Notes under the pieces: generated by a model
What the model saw: the letters and a program-made list of their open reading frames with translations, nothing else
Told to the model about the DNA's origin: nothing
The model's database searches: none
Made by a program: the position numbers and the translations under genes
In this document: positions 9,514 to 18,466 of the stretch, piece after piece
How positions within the stretch are numbered: position 1 is the stretch's first letter
Layout of the letters: each line of letters opens with the position of its first letter
DNA from: a virus
Lineage: Duplodnaviria; Caudoviricetes
Strand: one strand, 5' to 3'
IMG/VR virus record: IMGVR_UViG_3300042508_000526
Length of the DNA stretch: 64,000 nt

Positions 9514-10956
9514 TTAAGCGTTTTTCTGTAGCTGCGCTAACACGCGGGCAGCGCTCTCTTTAATTTCTTCTTCTTCCTTTTTGTCGTCTTTTTCGTCGTC
9601 TTTTTTCTCGCTCTTTTCGTCGTCCGGCTTTTTCTTCTTGCCGATGCTGGAACCAATATTACCCCCCAGATGAGCGCCTGCCCCGAGCCCCAGCGCGCCG
9701 CCACTTAACAAACCCAGTCCGGCACCCGGAGCGCCGCCGAGCGCACCACCCGTCAGCGCACCCATCAGGCCGCCACCCACGCCGCCGGCCAAACCACCGA
9801 CGCCAGAGCCCAGCACGCCGCCGAGCAGCGACGCCTTCTTGCCTTCCCACGACGGAGCGCCCATCGCAGCATCAGCCATCGAATAGCCGGCGCCACCACC
9901 CAGCGCTGCACCGCCGACGCCGCCTGTAAACAGCGTGTTCATAGCCTGTAAATGCGACGCCGGAGACGAACCGGGACCGCCGGCACGACGAACTAACTGC
10001 CCTCTACGCGCTAGTGATTTGAGGTAATCCCCGAGCTGGCGAGCTGACGGCGCAAAGAACTTTTTCGCCAGTCGCGGATTGGTCGACGCTAAAAGCAGCG
10101 TGCCGAGCGCGCCAATGGGCGCACCTACCATCATGCCGGCGCCAGTTGCTGTGCCCTTGACCGCGCCGCGGCCGACACCTTCCATGCGGTGGCCAGACGG
10201 CGCTGTCGCCGCGCCAAGACCAGCGCCAATACCGGCCGACGGCAGCATCAGCGCCGCCATCTTGTCGCCTGCAGCGGCTGCGGCTTCCTCTGGCGCAGGT
10301 GTCGCGGGCGTCTGCGGATTGCGGAACACGCCATCAGAGCCAATAAGATTGCTGCCGTGACCCTGCGCGGCGAGCATGGGATTGATAACGGCACGCTCCA
10401 ACGGATTCATCGTTTTCTGCCCCTTAGCTTTTAACATTGCGTCGCCAAGCATGCCGCCAACCAGCGCTGATTGCTTCATCTGCTGGCCTGCCATCAAGCC
10501 AGCACCAGCAACACCACCGGTCACCGCAGCCCGAGTCGGCGTACCAAACATTGTCTTGCCCATGCGACCAGCAATGTCAGAGCCCATTTGATTTACCTCT
10601 TTCACAAGCGGTTGCGCCGCATTCTGCAGCCGATTCGTGGCCCGCTGCGCTTGAATTCCGAGTCCGCGCATCTGTGTGGTCGCGGTGTTCGCGACTTGAT
10701 TGGCCGCGTTGCCGAGTTCACTGCCGACTTCATTGACGGCGGCACCTAGCGCACGCTCGCCAGAACGGATACCGGCACCAACGCCGCGCATGCTGTTGCC
10801 GAGACCAGAGACAGCATTGCCGACCATATTGTTACCCAGATTCTTCGCGGCAAAGTTAGCAATACCTTTTCCAGCGGCGTTGACTGCGCGACCCAGAAAC
10901 GCTTGCTTTGTCTGCTGACCAACTTGCATACCAAATTGCTGGGGCGTAACGGCCAT
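9514..10956 (-). CDS. Gly-rich multi-module protein with FG...KxA leader
   Basis: MAVTPQQFGMQVGQQTKQAFLG; internal KQSA, KMAA, KKAS followed by glycine zippers. Confidence 0.75.
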   Translation of the reverse strand: MAVTPQQFGMQVGQQTKQAFLGRAVNAAGKGIANFAAKNLGNNMVGNAVSGLGNSMRGVGAGIRSGERALGAAVNEVGSELGNAANQVANTATTQMRGLGIQAQRATNRLQNAAQPLVKEVNQMGSDIAGRMGKTMFGTPTRAAVTGGVAGAGLMAGQQMKQSALVGGMLGDAMLKAKGQKTMNPLERAVINPMLAAQGHGSNLIGSDGVFRNPQTPATPAPEEAAAAAGDKMAALMLPSAGIGAGLGAATAPSGHRMEGVGRGAVKGTATGAGMMVGAPIGALGTLLLASTNPRLAKKFFAPSARQLGDYLKSLARRGQLVRRAGGPGSSPASHLQAMNTLFTGGVGGAALGGGAGYSMADAAMGAPSWEGKKASLLGGVLGSGVGGLAGGVGGGLMGALTGGALGGAPGAGLGLLSGGALGLGAGAHLGGNIGSSIGKKKKPDDEKSEKKDDEKDDKKEEEEIKESAARVLAQLQKNA

Positions 10957-11050
10957 ACGGTCACCTGTGGCTTGAATAGAGTTTTGGATCTTCTTTTTTG
11001 TAACGTGCTGTGCAATGCGCTCGAACAACTTGCGGCGAGATAGTAATAAC

Positions 11051-13555
11051 TCAGCCGCCCGGGCTCCCGGTTGCGTCGACAGTAAACTCGATATCGGAAA
11101 CGTCGGCATCGCTGGGCCCCAAAATACTTCTAATTACCGGCTTGGTCGCGTTTAACACAGCCTTGTCGGGGAGCTGGTATTTTACAAGCTTGCGGCGCTT
11201 CCGTGAAAGCGGGCGTTTGGCTGTGCGCGTAATGTGCTGCTGGAGCACACGCAGCAGATCATCGCCGGCACCCGTAATTCCAGCTTGTTTGTCACCGGCC
11301 TGCTCTTTGCGGCGGCGCTTTAGATATTTTTGCAGCTCTTGCTCTTGGTATTCCTGCAGCATGGTCTTAACATCGCCGGCCTGAACTTTAGAGACCAGCT
11401 TTTCGGGGTTAATCGCCCAGTGTCTAAGCGCCCAGCCACGACGAGGTGTAGGATTGCTGACAAACGGTCCGCCATGCCGCGCTTTGAAGCTCGCCCAGCG
11501 CTTGATCTGTCGCGTGTCTTCGTCGGGGATTCTCCGCCCAGAGTTATAGTTCTGATACCACTCCAGCCAGCCCTTGGGGTCATGCTCTGTCACCCACTCT
11601 GGCTTCCATTCGCCCAGACTGGCTAACCGCGGCCCGTCTTTCTCGTACAGCGACTTGTACACACCCATGGCATGCAACTGCCCGGGCGTATAGTCAGGCT
11701 GAAAGTCAGGAAGTTCCGCGCCGAGCTTTTCTTGTTGATAGCGCGAGCCCTCTTCTTTCAGGAGCTGCCGGAAGGCTTCGTTGAGCTGCTCTTTCTCAGC
11801 CGTGAGGCGTTCCAGCACTTCGTCGCCCGTGCGTTCGCGCTTGTAGCCCATGAGCTTGCCAACAATGCTGGGCTCTTCGCTGGCGCTTAGATATCTTTTG
11901 ACGGCGACGTTTTTGAGTTCCTCTGGCAAATCCCGGTGCGAGTCAAAACGCAGGCCACGGCCTTTGGCTTGCTGGCTGCGCGATTCATGCCAGTGCGGGT
12001 CGAGCAGCTGAATCAAGCTCGTGCCGCGGGTGGACAAGCCTTCAGCGCCAGCCGGGCCAATGAGCAGCGCCCGCAGCTTGCCTTGGTTGTACGCATCGAC
12101 GGCCGCTTGGCGCGCCTTGGGTGTTACGCCGCCGTGGAAGAACGCATGCGGAACTTTGGCTTTCTCCAGCGCGGACGCATACGGCGCCAAGCCAGAGTCA
12201 ATAAAGTTCGAGTAGATAATCGCCTTCTTGCGCTTGTCTTCCGCCAGCGTCTTCTGCAAGTCTTGAAACGCCTTTTGTAACTTAGCGCTTTGCGAAAACG
12301 CCTTAGACGGATCTTTATCGGCGCGAAACGGCTGCGTCGACAGGCTCACTTGGCGCAGGCCCGTCATAAAGCTATTTAATTTGGCCAGCTCATCGCGGGA
12401 CAATGGAAACTCTTGGTCCAGCTTCCAGAGAAAGCCCGGCGGAATCTTCGTGCGGATGGCGTTCTGAATCTTCTTTTGTTCAGCACTGAGCGGGACTTTG
12501 ACCTGCTCTTCTTGAACGTTCACGCCTTCGGGTGTCTTGCTGGGCTGATAATCGACTTTGCCCTTCAGCAGCTGGCGCAGTTCTTTCTCGTTCTTAACAA
12601 TCGGCTTCACGCCGGGCTTCACCCCACGCAGCCAGCCAAATAAACCCGGCCGCACGGTCTTGTAGCCCACGTAGCGCTTCTCAAACTCTTCGGGCGACAG
12701 CTGCTTGTTGTGCAGCATGGCCAAGAGATTCGCCATGTCGCTGGGCGAGTTGGTAATCGGCGAGCCTGTTAATAACAACAGGCGCTGCGCTTTGGCCGCG
12801 GCTTCAGCAGCGCCGACAGAACTAGCGCTCCCGGGATTACGTAATCTATGCGCCTCGTCCATGATGAGCGTGCTGGGCTGCTGCTGGAACTTCTTGCCCA
12901 ACGCCAAGCCGGTGTAGCTCATGATCTCCGGATTGGAGTTGCGCGTGAACTTCTTGACTTCTTTGTCAAAGTTCCCACGCAAGCTCGCCGGCACAACCAC
13001 GCCATAGTCTTCGCCGGTCTGCTTCTTGGCTTCTTCAGCAGCCGCGAGTGACGACAGCGATTTCCCAGAACCCAGTCCGTGATACACCAGTAGTCTGGGA
13101 TCTTCGCCGGTAATGCGATCGGCAATGCGCTGCTGGTGCTCTTGCAGCTGCAGGTCGGGGATGAGTTCCGCGGTTTTGTCTGCTTCTATCTTTGCCCACG
13201 CATCGTCTTTGCTCATGCCGTTTTCTTGCAGCATCCACGCTTTATGGATTTGATCACGTTTTGCTGTTGGATAAAAGCTTAAATCTGTGTTGTTGCCAGA
13301 AGCGGTTAAAAACCCGCCCGGTCGTTGCTTGAGTTTATAGCCGTGTTTTTGCGCAAGGGTGTGCAAAAGTTTCCGAAAACGTTCTTGCTGCGCGACATCA
13401 TCCGTAAACGCAATGTAATCATAGTCGCGCCCCTGCGGCGCCGGACGGCCGTACATTTTTGCGCGGCCCCGCGAACCCATAAGCTCGGCATCGCGCATAA
13501 AACTCGCTGCCGGCTTCGGTAATGTATCGTCGAGAATGCTGTTAATTTTGCTCAT
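11051..13555 (-). CDS. modular polyprotein-like: nucleotidyltransferase-like + SNF2 helicase + conserved DPxGWxEWY domain
   Basis: GS...DYD motif; HGLGSGKS, MDEAH, TGSP, QAKGRGLR helicase motifs; modules joined by DKTA, EKLG, DKQA. Confidence 0.8.
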   Translation of the reverse strand: MSKINSILDDTLPKPAASFMRDAELMGSRGRAKMYGRPAPQGRDYDYIAFTDDVAQQERFRKLLHTLAQKHGYKLKQRPGGFLTASGNNTDLSFYPTAKRDQIHKAWMLQENGMSKDDAWAKIEADKTAELIPDLQLQEHQQRIADRITGEDPRLLVYHGLGSGKSLSSLAAAEEAKKQTGEDYGVVVPASLRGNFDKEVKKFTRNSNPEIMSYTGLALGKKFQQQPSTLIMDEAHRLRNPGSASSVGAAEAAAKAQRLLLLTGSPITNSPSDMANLLAMLHNKQLSPEEFEKRYVGYKTVRPGLFGWLRGVKPGVKPIVKNEKELRQLLKGKVDYQPSKTPEGVNVQEEQVKVPLSAEQKKIQNAIRTKIPPGFLWKLDQEFPLSRDELAKLNSFMTGLRQVSLSTQPFRADKDPSKAFSQSAKLQKAFQDLQKTLAEDKRKKAIIYSNFIDSGLAPYASALEKAKVPHAFFHGGVTPKARQAAVDAYNQGKLRALLIGPAGAEGLSTRGTSLIQLLDPHWHESRSQQAKGRGLRFDSHRDLPEELKNVAVKRYLSASEEPSIVGKLMGYKRERTGDEVLERLTAEKEQLNEAFRQLLKEEGSRYQQEKLGAELPDFQPDYTPGQLHAMGVYKSLYEKDGPRLASLGEWKPEWVTEHDPKGWLEWYQNYNSGRRIPDEDTRQIKRWASFKARHGGPFVSNPTPRRGWALRHWAINPEKLVSKVQAGDVKTMLQEYQEQELQKYLKRRRKEQAGDKQAGITGAGDDLLRVLQQHITRTAKRPLSRKRRKLVKYQLPDKAVLNATKPVIRSILGPSDADVSDIEFTVDATGSPGG

Positions 13556-13812
13556 CAGCTCACCGTAATGTTGCGAGCTGTTTTATACATTGCCCAGAGG
13601 CCCAAACCAGCTGACACCAAGCCCAGATATTTAAACGACGTGTAGACCGTGACAAAGAAGTAAATCCCCAGCCAGCATGAAAGTGCGCCGATCACCACCG
13701 CCAGCACATGCCAGCGATTGATTGCGCATAGGGCGGCGATCGGCCCGCACAGCAAGACCGCGCACACAATCAGGAATACCATGAAGGCCAAACTTTCCAT
13801 GCCACACCTCAA
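13555..13812 (-). CDS. small membrane protein (three helices)
   Basis: almost entirely hydrophobic 85 aa. Confidence 0.6.
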   Translation of the reverse strand: MRCGMESLAFMVFLIVCAVLLCGPIAALCAINRWHVLAVVIGALSCWLGIYFFVTVYTSFKYLGLVSAGLGLWAMYKTARNITVS

Positions 13813-14144
13813 AACGCGCTACGGCTGACACGTTTGGTCACAGCCGGCATCGTCGGCTTGGGTGCGGCAGGTGCGGCGGGCCTTGTCACCGGCGCGGGCG
13901 CAGCAGGCTTCGCGGCCACTGGCGGAACGCGCGTTCCGGCACCAACGCTCGTCACTTGTCCGCGGGACAGCGTGCCCTGCAGCGGCTGCCCGGCAGGAAT
14001 ACCAGCTTGACGGCCGGCTGCCTGTAGCTGCTGCGCTTTGCCCTCCAGTGCCGCGTCTTCGCGCTCCATGCGCGCCCACTCCGCGTCAAAGTCGCCCATG
14101 GCTAATTTAATACGTTGCCCAAATTCAAACGGCGTCATAGACAT
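13809..14144 (-). CDS. small protein with FG...KxA leader
   Basis: MSMTPFEFGQRIKLA; Pro/Ala-rich tail. Confidence 0.7.
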   Translation of the reverse strand: MSMTPFEFGQRIKLAMGDFDAEWARMEREDAALEGKAQQLQAAGRQAGIPAGQPLQGTLSRGQVTSVGAGTRVPPVAAKPAAPAPVTRPAAPAAPKPTMPAVTKRVSRSAF

Positions 14145-14154
14145 AACTTTCTGT

Positions 14155-15012
14155 TTATTTGTCAGCCGGAAACACCAGATTCAGATCCGATGCGGTGGTG
14201 CCCTTGCCGGCAATGCGCAATTCGTGCGCTGTGATCTGTGATTCTATCCAATCCGCGTACAAACTGATACGGGTGTGCGCTGCTTCGTCGCCATACGAGC
14301 CGTTGGGTTGCTTATCCGCCGCCATGAGAAATGAATTAATTCCCGCCAATTTGTTGCCAATAAACATTCCGCCACCAGAATCGCCCGGCGTAATCAAAAA
14401 TTCGAGCGGATAACGATTTTTTACGTCCGCCCGGCAAATCAACACGCCCCGCTCCGTGCCTTCGACCGCATTGTGCCCGCCCCGACGTTTGTTATCGGCT
14501 GTTTGGGCGCCGGTGTGAAATGTGCCCGCAAAGCCGTAGCCCGCAATGGTCACAGCTTTGCCCAGCTCATCGGTGTCGCGATACAGCTCCGGATAAAACT
14601 CTGCTTCGAAATCTTTGTCCGAATAGCACAGCGCCAGATCCCCGTGCCCAAAACTCTCATCTTTGAAGTCGTGGTGAATGACAAAATACGGCACCGCATG
14701 TTTCTTGTCGTCGGCCAGCATGATCTCCGGCTCGCGCGTGTCATGGAGCACATGCGCCGCCGTAAGCGCCCAGTTCGGCCGGATTAAGACAGCCGAGCCG
14801 TACTGATGCAGCGTAATCTCGACGCCGCTTTTCTTATCTTTAATCGTCGTCAGCGCACGAATGCGCACGACATTGGGAAACTGCTTGCCGAATTCGACGT
14901 ATTTCTCGTCTGGCGTGTTCGGATCACGAGTGCCGGCCAAAGCTACAGACGAGCCGGCTAGGATTAGAACTATGTAGCGAAGCAGGTGGGCAAAGGTTTC
15001 TCGCACGTTCAT
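14155..15012 (-). CDS. secreted trypsin-like serine protease (S1)
   Basis: signal-peptide-like N-terminus; LTAAHV, GDLAL, PGDSGGG triad. Confidence 0.9.
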   Translation of the reverse strand: MNVRETFAHLLRYIVLILAGSSVALAGTRDPNTPDEKYVEFGKQFPNVVRIRALTTIKDKKSGVEITLHQYGSAVLIRPNWALTAAHVLHDTREPEIMLADDKKHAVPYFVIHHDFKDESFGHGDLALCYSDKDFEAEFYPELYRDTDELGKAVTIAGYGFAGTFHTGAQTADNKRRGGHNAVEGTERGVLICRADVKNRYPLEFLITPGDSGGGMFIGNKLAGINSFLMAADKQPNGSYGDEAAHTRISLYADWIESQITAHELRIAGKGTTASDLNLVFPADK

Positions 15013-15053
15013 GGCGCGCCCCCGATCGTATGTTAAATAGTTAGCATCTCATT

Positions 15054-17039
15054 TCACGCAGTGGGTCGTAAAAGTTTCTGAGCCTGTGCAAACATGTGCG
15101 GATCTAACTGTGGCGGCATGGGCTTGGCCGGCGACGCTTTGAGCGCATTGCCGACAGCGCCGAGACCATAACCAGCCGCGCCCATCAGTCCGGCCGCACC
15201 CAGACCGAGGACCGTACGTTTGTTGGCGCTGCGCATCAGGTCTTTCAGGACCTTTGGTTTGTGCGTCACGCCGAGAATCTTTACGCCGTCATCCAGCAAC
15301 GTTGTGCTGGGCAGCGTGTCCGTGTGCGGAATCGGAGCTTTGCGGAGGCCCATGCCCTCCATCACCGCAGATGGCATCGAGCCACAGTGATTGCCCCAGC
15401 ACGTCGAACCGCCGGGTCCACGACCGCCGATGTAGGGCAGCTTTTGCGTCCACGGAAACCACCGCCGCAGCATGTTAATACCAGTGACTTCTTTCCCGCC
15501 GGCGCCTACCGCGTCTGTCGTGGCGTATGACTTGCCGACTTGCGCGCGGAGATTATTTGTTAACTTTTCTGGCGTGGCAGCAATTCCACGGTCATCAGGC
15601 CGGAACCATGTCGTGCCGCGTTCGCCGCCATAGGCGCTGCCGGGCATATCAGCCGGCCGGACACGCGAACCTTCGTTGACCAGATCGTGGTACACCGTGT
15701 CGGTCATGCCGCCATTGAACGTGGGATACAAGAACGAGTTGGGCGCTTTGCTCAGCGAACGCCGATCCGCCGCCATTTGCTTGGCGTTCTCACGCAGATA
15801 CTTGCGCAGCGTGCTCACACTGCTGCCGACGCCACTGCGATACGCTTCTTGCAGCGACTCAGGAAGCTTGGTTGCCATGGCCAGCAAGGGATCACTGGCC
15901 GAGCCCATCGCGCCGCCGTGATGCAACGACGGCACAAAGCGCTCGAACGCTCGCGGTTTAAATATGTTTGACCGCGGCATGGCGCCTGTGCGGGACGGCG
16001 CTTCCCGAGCAATGCGCTTGATCTCTTCCGCCAGCGCCCTAGACTTCGGCCCGCTGCGCTGCGCAAACTGTTCTGAGAGCGCCTGTAGTCTTTTTTGCGC
16101 GGCTAATCCAGCCTGATTGCCGCCTTGTAACTTACGAATCTCATCTAAGTTACTAGCAGTTTGAGCCTGCGGCGTGCCACCAAAGAATTCGCTGATGCCT
16201 TCTGCGCCCAGTAGCTGCTTCAGGTTGGTGACGCCGTCGGTCTTGGCGCGGCGCACACTCTTTAACTCACGCAGACTGGGCCGCTTGCCTTCTGGCTTGG
16301 GCACATCTTTGCCGGCTTGGCGTGCGGCATCATATGTTTCCCACGCTTTGCGGCGCGCGCTTAGCTCTCGGAACTCACGCGAGCGACCGCGAATGTGTTC
16401 CTTCATCAGGCCGTAGTCATAGATCTCGCCCGTGGTGCCCGGCGAGAATTCTCCATAACCCGCCACGAAATCTTTGTAGCCCTTTAGTTCAGCCTTCGTG
16501 GGTTTCTTAACTGTTGGTTTGACAGCCGCTTGGCCTTTGGACTTGGCTGCCTCGTAGTCAGCCCACGCTTTCTGGCGCGCCCGTAAGTCTTGCTGGCCAG
16601 AATACTCAGCCGCGAACTGCGGCCCGAAGGCTTCGCCGCGGCTATTAAATAACAATGGCAGATCGGGCGTTGTAGCTCCGGGCGCCATACGGGCAATGTC
16701 ATGCGGCGTGCGAATATTGGGCCCGACAATCTGGCCGTGCGCACCGGGACCGCCAGACGAGCTAGCCGAGCCCTCGATGAGAAAATCTACAAGAGGATTA
16801 CGCTCCGCACTGCGCTGCAAACCAGCCACGCCTACGTCGCCGGGCCGTAATGTCTTGAGCGCGGTGGCAATATCGACGTCGCCGTTCGCCAGCGTCCAGT
16901 CCGGCGCGTCTTGGATCATCTTTTTGTAGCGCGGCAGCGTACGGAACAGATATTCCAGCAGGCTCGCCGACGGAAGCGCAGCACCGGCAACCGCGCCAAC
17001 AGGACGTAGATCTACGCCATTATTATCGTCTGGGGGCAT
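15054..17039 (-). CDS. large protein with a split permuted papain-like (YaeF/YiiX-type NlpC/P60) domain
   Basis: LRPGDVG...AHGQIVG near the N-terminus; VGKSY...HCGSMPS near the C-terminus. Confidence 0.55.
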   Translation of the reverse strand: MPPDDNNGVDLRPVGAVAGAALPSASLLEYLFRTLPRYKKMIQDAPDWTLANGDVDIATALKTLRPGDVGVAGLQRSAERNPLVDFLIEGSASSSGGPGAHGQIVGPNIRTPHDIARMAPGATTPDLPLLFNSRGEAFGPQFAAEYSGQQDLRARQKAWADYEAAKSKGQAAVKPTVKKPTKAELKGYKDFVAGYGEFSPGTTGEIYDYGLMKEHIRGRSREFRELSARRKAWETYDAARQAGKDVPKPEGKRPSLRELKSVRRAKTDGVTNLKQLLGAEGISEFFGGTPQAQTASNLDEIRKLQGGNQAGLAAQKRLQALSEQFAQRSGPKSRALAEEIKRIAREAPSRTGAMPRSNIFKPRAFERFVPSLHHGGAMGSASDPLLAMATKLPESLQEAYRSGVGSSVSTLRKYLRENAKQMAADRRSLSKAPNSFLYPTFNGGMTDTVYHDLVNEGSRVRPADMPGSAYGGERGTTWFRPDDRGIAATPEKLTNNLRAQVGKSYATTDAVGAGGKEVTGINMLRRWFPWTQKLPYIGGRGPGGSTCWGNHCGSMPSAVMEGMGLRKAPIPHTDTLPSTTLLDDGVKILGVTHKPKVLKDLMRSANKRTVLGLGAAGLMGAAGYGLGAVGNALKASPAKPMPPQLDPHMFAQAQKLLRPTA

Positions 17040-17112
17040 GCGCGGCCTGCTTGTAAATATCTAAAGCGCCCATTGTAGAGAAGTTTATTCTACCCCAAAA
17101 GCGCCAATAGCT

Positions 17113-17161
17113 AAAAAAAAGCGCCGTGCTTGGGGTTACCCCCGAGCCGTGCGCCTTTTTT
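17113..17161. terminator. intrinsic terminator, possibly bidirectional
   Basis: GC-rich imperfect hairpin flanked by an A8 tract on the left and a T tract on the right. Confidence 0.65.
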
Positions 17162-17468
17162 ACTCAAGATCGACGAGCGCTGCCAGATTTTTAATCAGCG
17201 CGCGCAACACTTCGATCATCTTCTCGATCCGGGGCAGTTCGTCAGCGGGCACGAACTTTCGCAGATCTTCCACGGCCTGCAGCTGATTCTCGGTGAACGC
17301 GATTAACTCCTTGTTGGACACGGAGTTAAAGTTCTCACCGAAGATCTGCATATGAATGCTGTCCAGCCGGTCTACGATCGAGTCATACTCGGCCGTGGAC
17401 GCAGCGGGAGCAGCCGCAGGCGTGGGAGCGAAGAAATCACTGTCGAACTCGAAATCGAAGCTGACCAT
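17160..17468 (-). CDS. hypothetical acidic protein
   Basis: GGAGG RBS before MVSFDF; GC3-rich codons. Confidence 0.7.
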   Translation of the reverse strand: MVSFDFEFDSDFFAPTPAAAPAASTAEYDSIVDRLDSIHMQIFGENFNSVSNKELIAFTENQLQAVEDLRKFVPADELPRIEKMIEVLRALIKNLAALVDLE

Positions 17469-17505
17469 GTGGTCCTCCATGAATGCCGTCTCGAAAGGAA
17501 TAGCT

Positions 17506-17538
17506 AAAAAAAGGCGTGCACCCTTTCGGATGCACGCC
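17506..17538 (-). terminator. intrinsic terminator
   Basis: GGCGTGCA/TGCACGCC stem followed by T7 on the minus strand. Confidence 0.8.
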
Positions 17539-17593
17539 CCAAAACCTCACAACAAGTGATGTTTTTACGCCGCCAGAAATGGCGGCGTCAGGA

Positions 17594-18343
17594 TCACGAG
17601 ACGGCGACCGCGTTGACCACGGTGACCGGCTTCGACTGCTGGGTCTCGGCCTCGACCTGCGCTTCCGCCTCCGTCAGGCAGGTGGCGAGCAGCTCACGCC
17701 GCACGCCAGCCTGAAAGAACGCGTACGCCACTTCGGCCACGCAGCCAGCGGTCACGGCGCCGAAGAACACGGCGGTGATCTGCTGGACGAGCGTGCTGCC
17801 GCCGAGGCTGGCCGCGACACCGGCCATCGCACCACCGGAGAGCACACCGGCCACGACCGAGATACCGATCGTAGCGGCGGCCACCATGAGGTTGATGGCG
17901 ACGTTGTTCACGGCCACCCAGTCCACGTTCATGGAGCTGATCAGCTCCTTCACGTAGGACAGGGCCTCGCGGACCTTGCCGACCGCAGCCGTCGCCATCT
18001 GGCCGAGCCAGTTGACGACCGCCCGGACCGCATCAGCCGCGCTGGCGTAGATGCGGCCGAGGAACGTCCAGACACCGGACGCGATCGCCTTGAGGGCGCT
18101 GAACGCCTTCTCGGTGATCGTGTAGATGCCCTCGCCGATCCCACCCAGCACCGCCGCCGTGCCGTCATAGACGCGCACGAGCGGGCTGTTCGAGTGGACC
18201 GTCTCCTCGACGATCTGCTCGATGTCCTCCCGGGTGAGGGGCTTGGACTTGGTGCGCGTGCGAGTGGCCGAGGCCTTCTTCGTGGCCTTGACCCGACGGG
18301 CACCGATCTTCTCACGCATCGACATCTTGACCTTCGTTGTCAT
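17594..18343 (-). CDS. hypothetical membrane protein with basic N-terminus
   Basis: Lys/Arg-rich start, hydrophobic Gly/Ala helices, AGGAG RBS, strongly GC3-biased codons. Confidence 0.75.
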   Translation of the reverse strand: MTTKVKMSMREKIGARRVKATKKASATRTRTKSKPLTREDIEQIVEETVHSNSPLVRVYDGTAAVLGGIGEGIYTITEKAFSALKAIASGVWTFLGRIYASAADAVRAVVNWLGQMATAAVGKVREALSYVKELISSMNVDWVAVNNVAINLMVAAATIGISVVAGVLSGGAMAGVAASLGGSTLVQQITAVFFGAVTAGCVAEVAYAFFQAGVRRELLATCLTEAEAQVEAETQQSKPVTVVNAVAVS

Positions 18344-18435
18344 CTGAGCAACTCCTAGAACGTGGAAAGAAACCTAGTTACGCAGAAACCCATGTAACTC
18401 ATATGGGGACACGAATAACACATTCGCATCACTAG

Positions 18436-18463
18436 ATATACCCGGCTTTTGGCTTTTATTTAG
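18436..18463 (-). promoter_or_regulatory. phage promoter CTAAAT-N17-TATAT
   Basis: one of six exact-spacing copies. Confidence 0.75.
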
Positions 18464-18466
18464 ATA

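Noticed and set aside
17516-18358. 280-aa plus-strand ORF, and 26322..27356 (344 aa)
   Set aside because: Antisense to GC3-rich minus-strand genes; His/Arg-rich shadow composition; no RBS or promoter.
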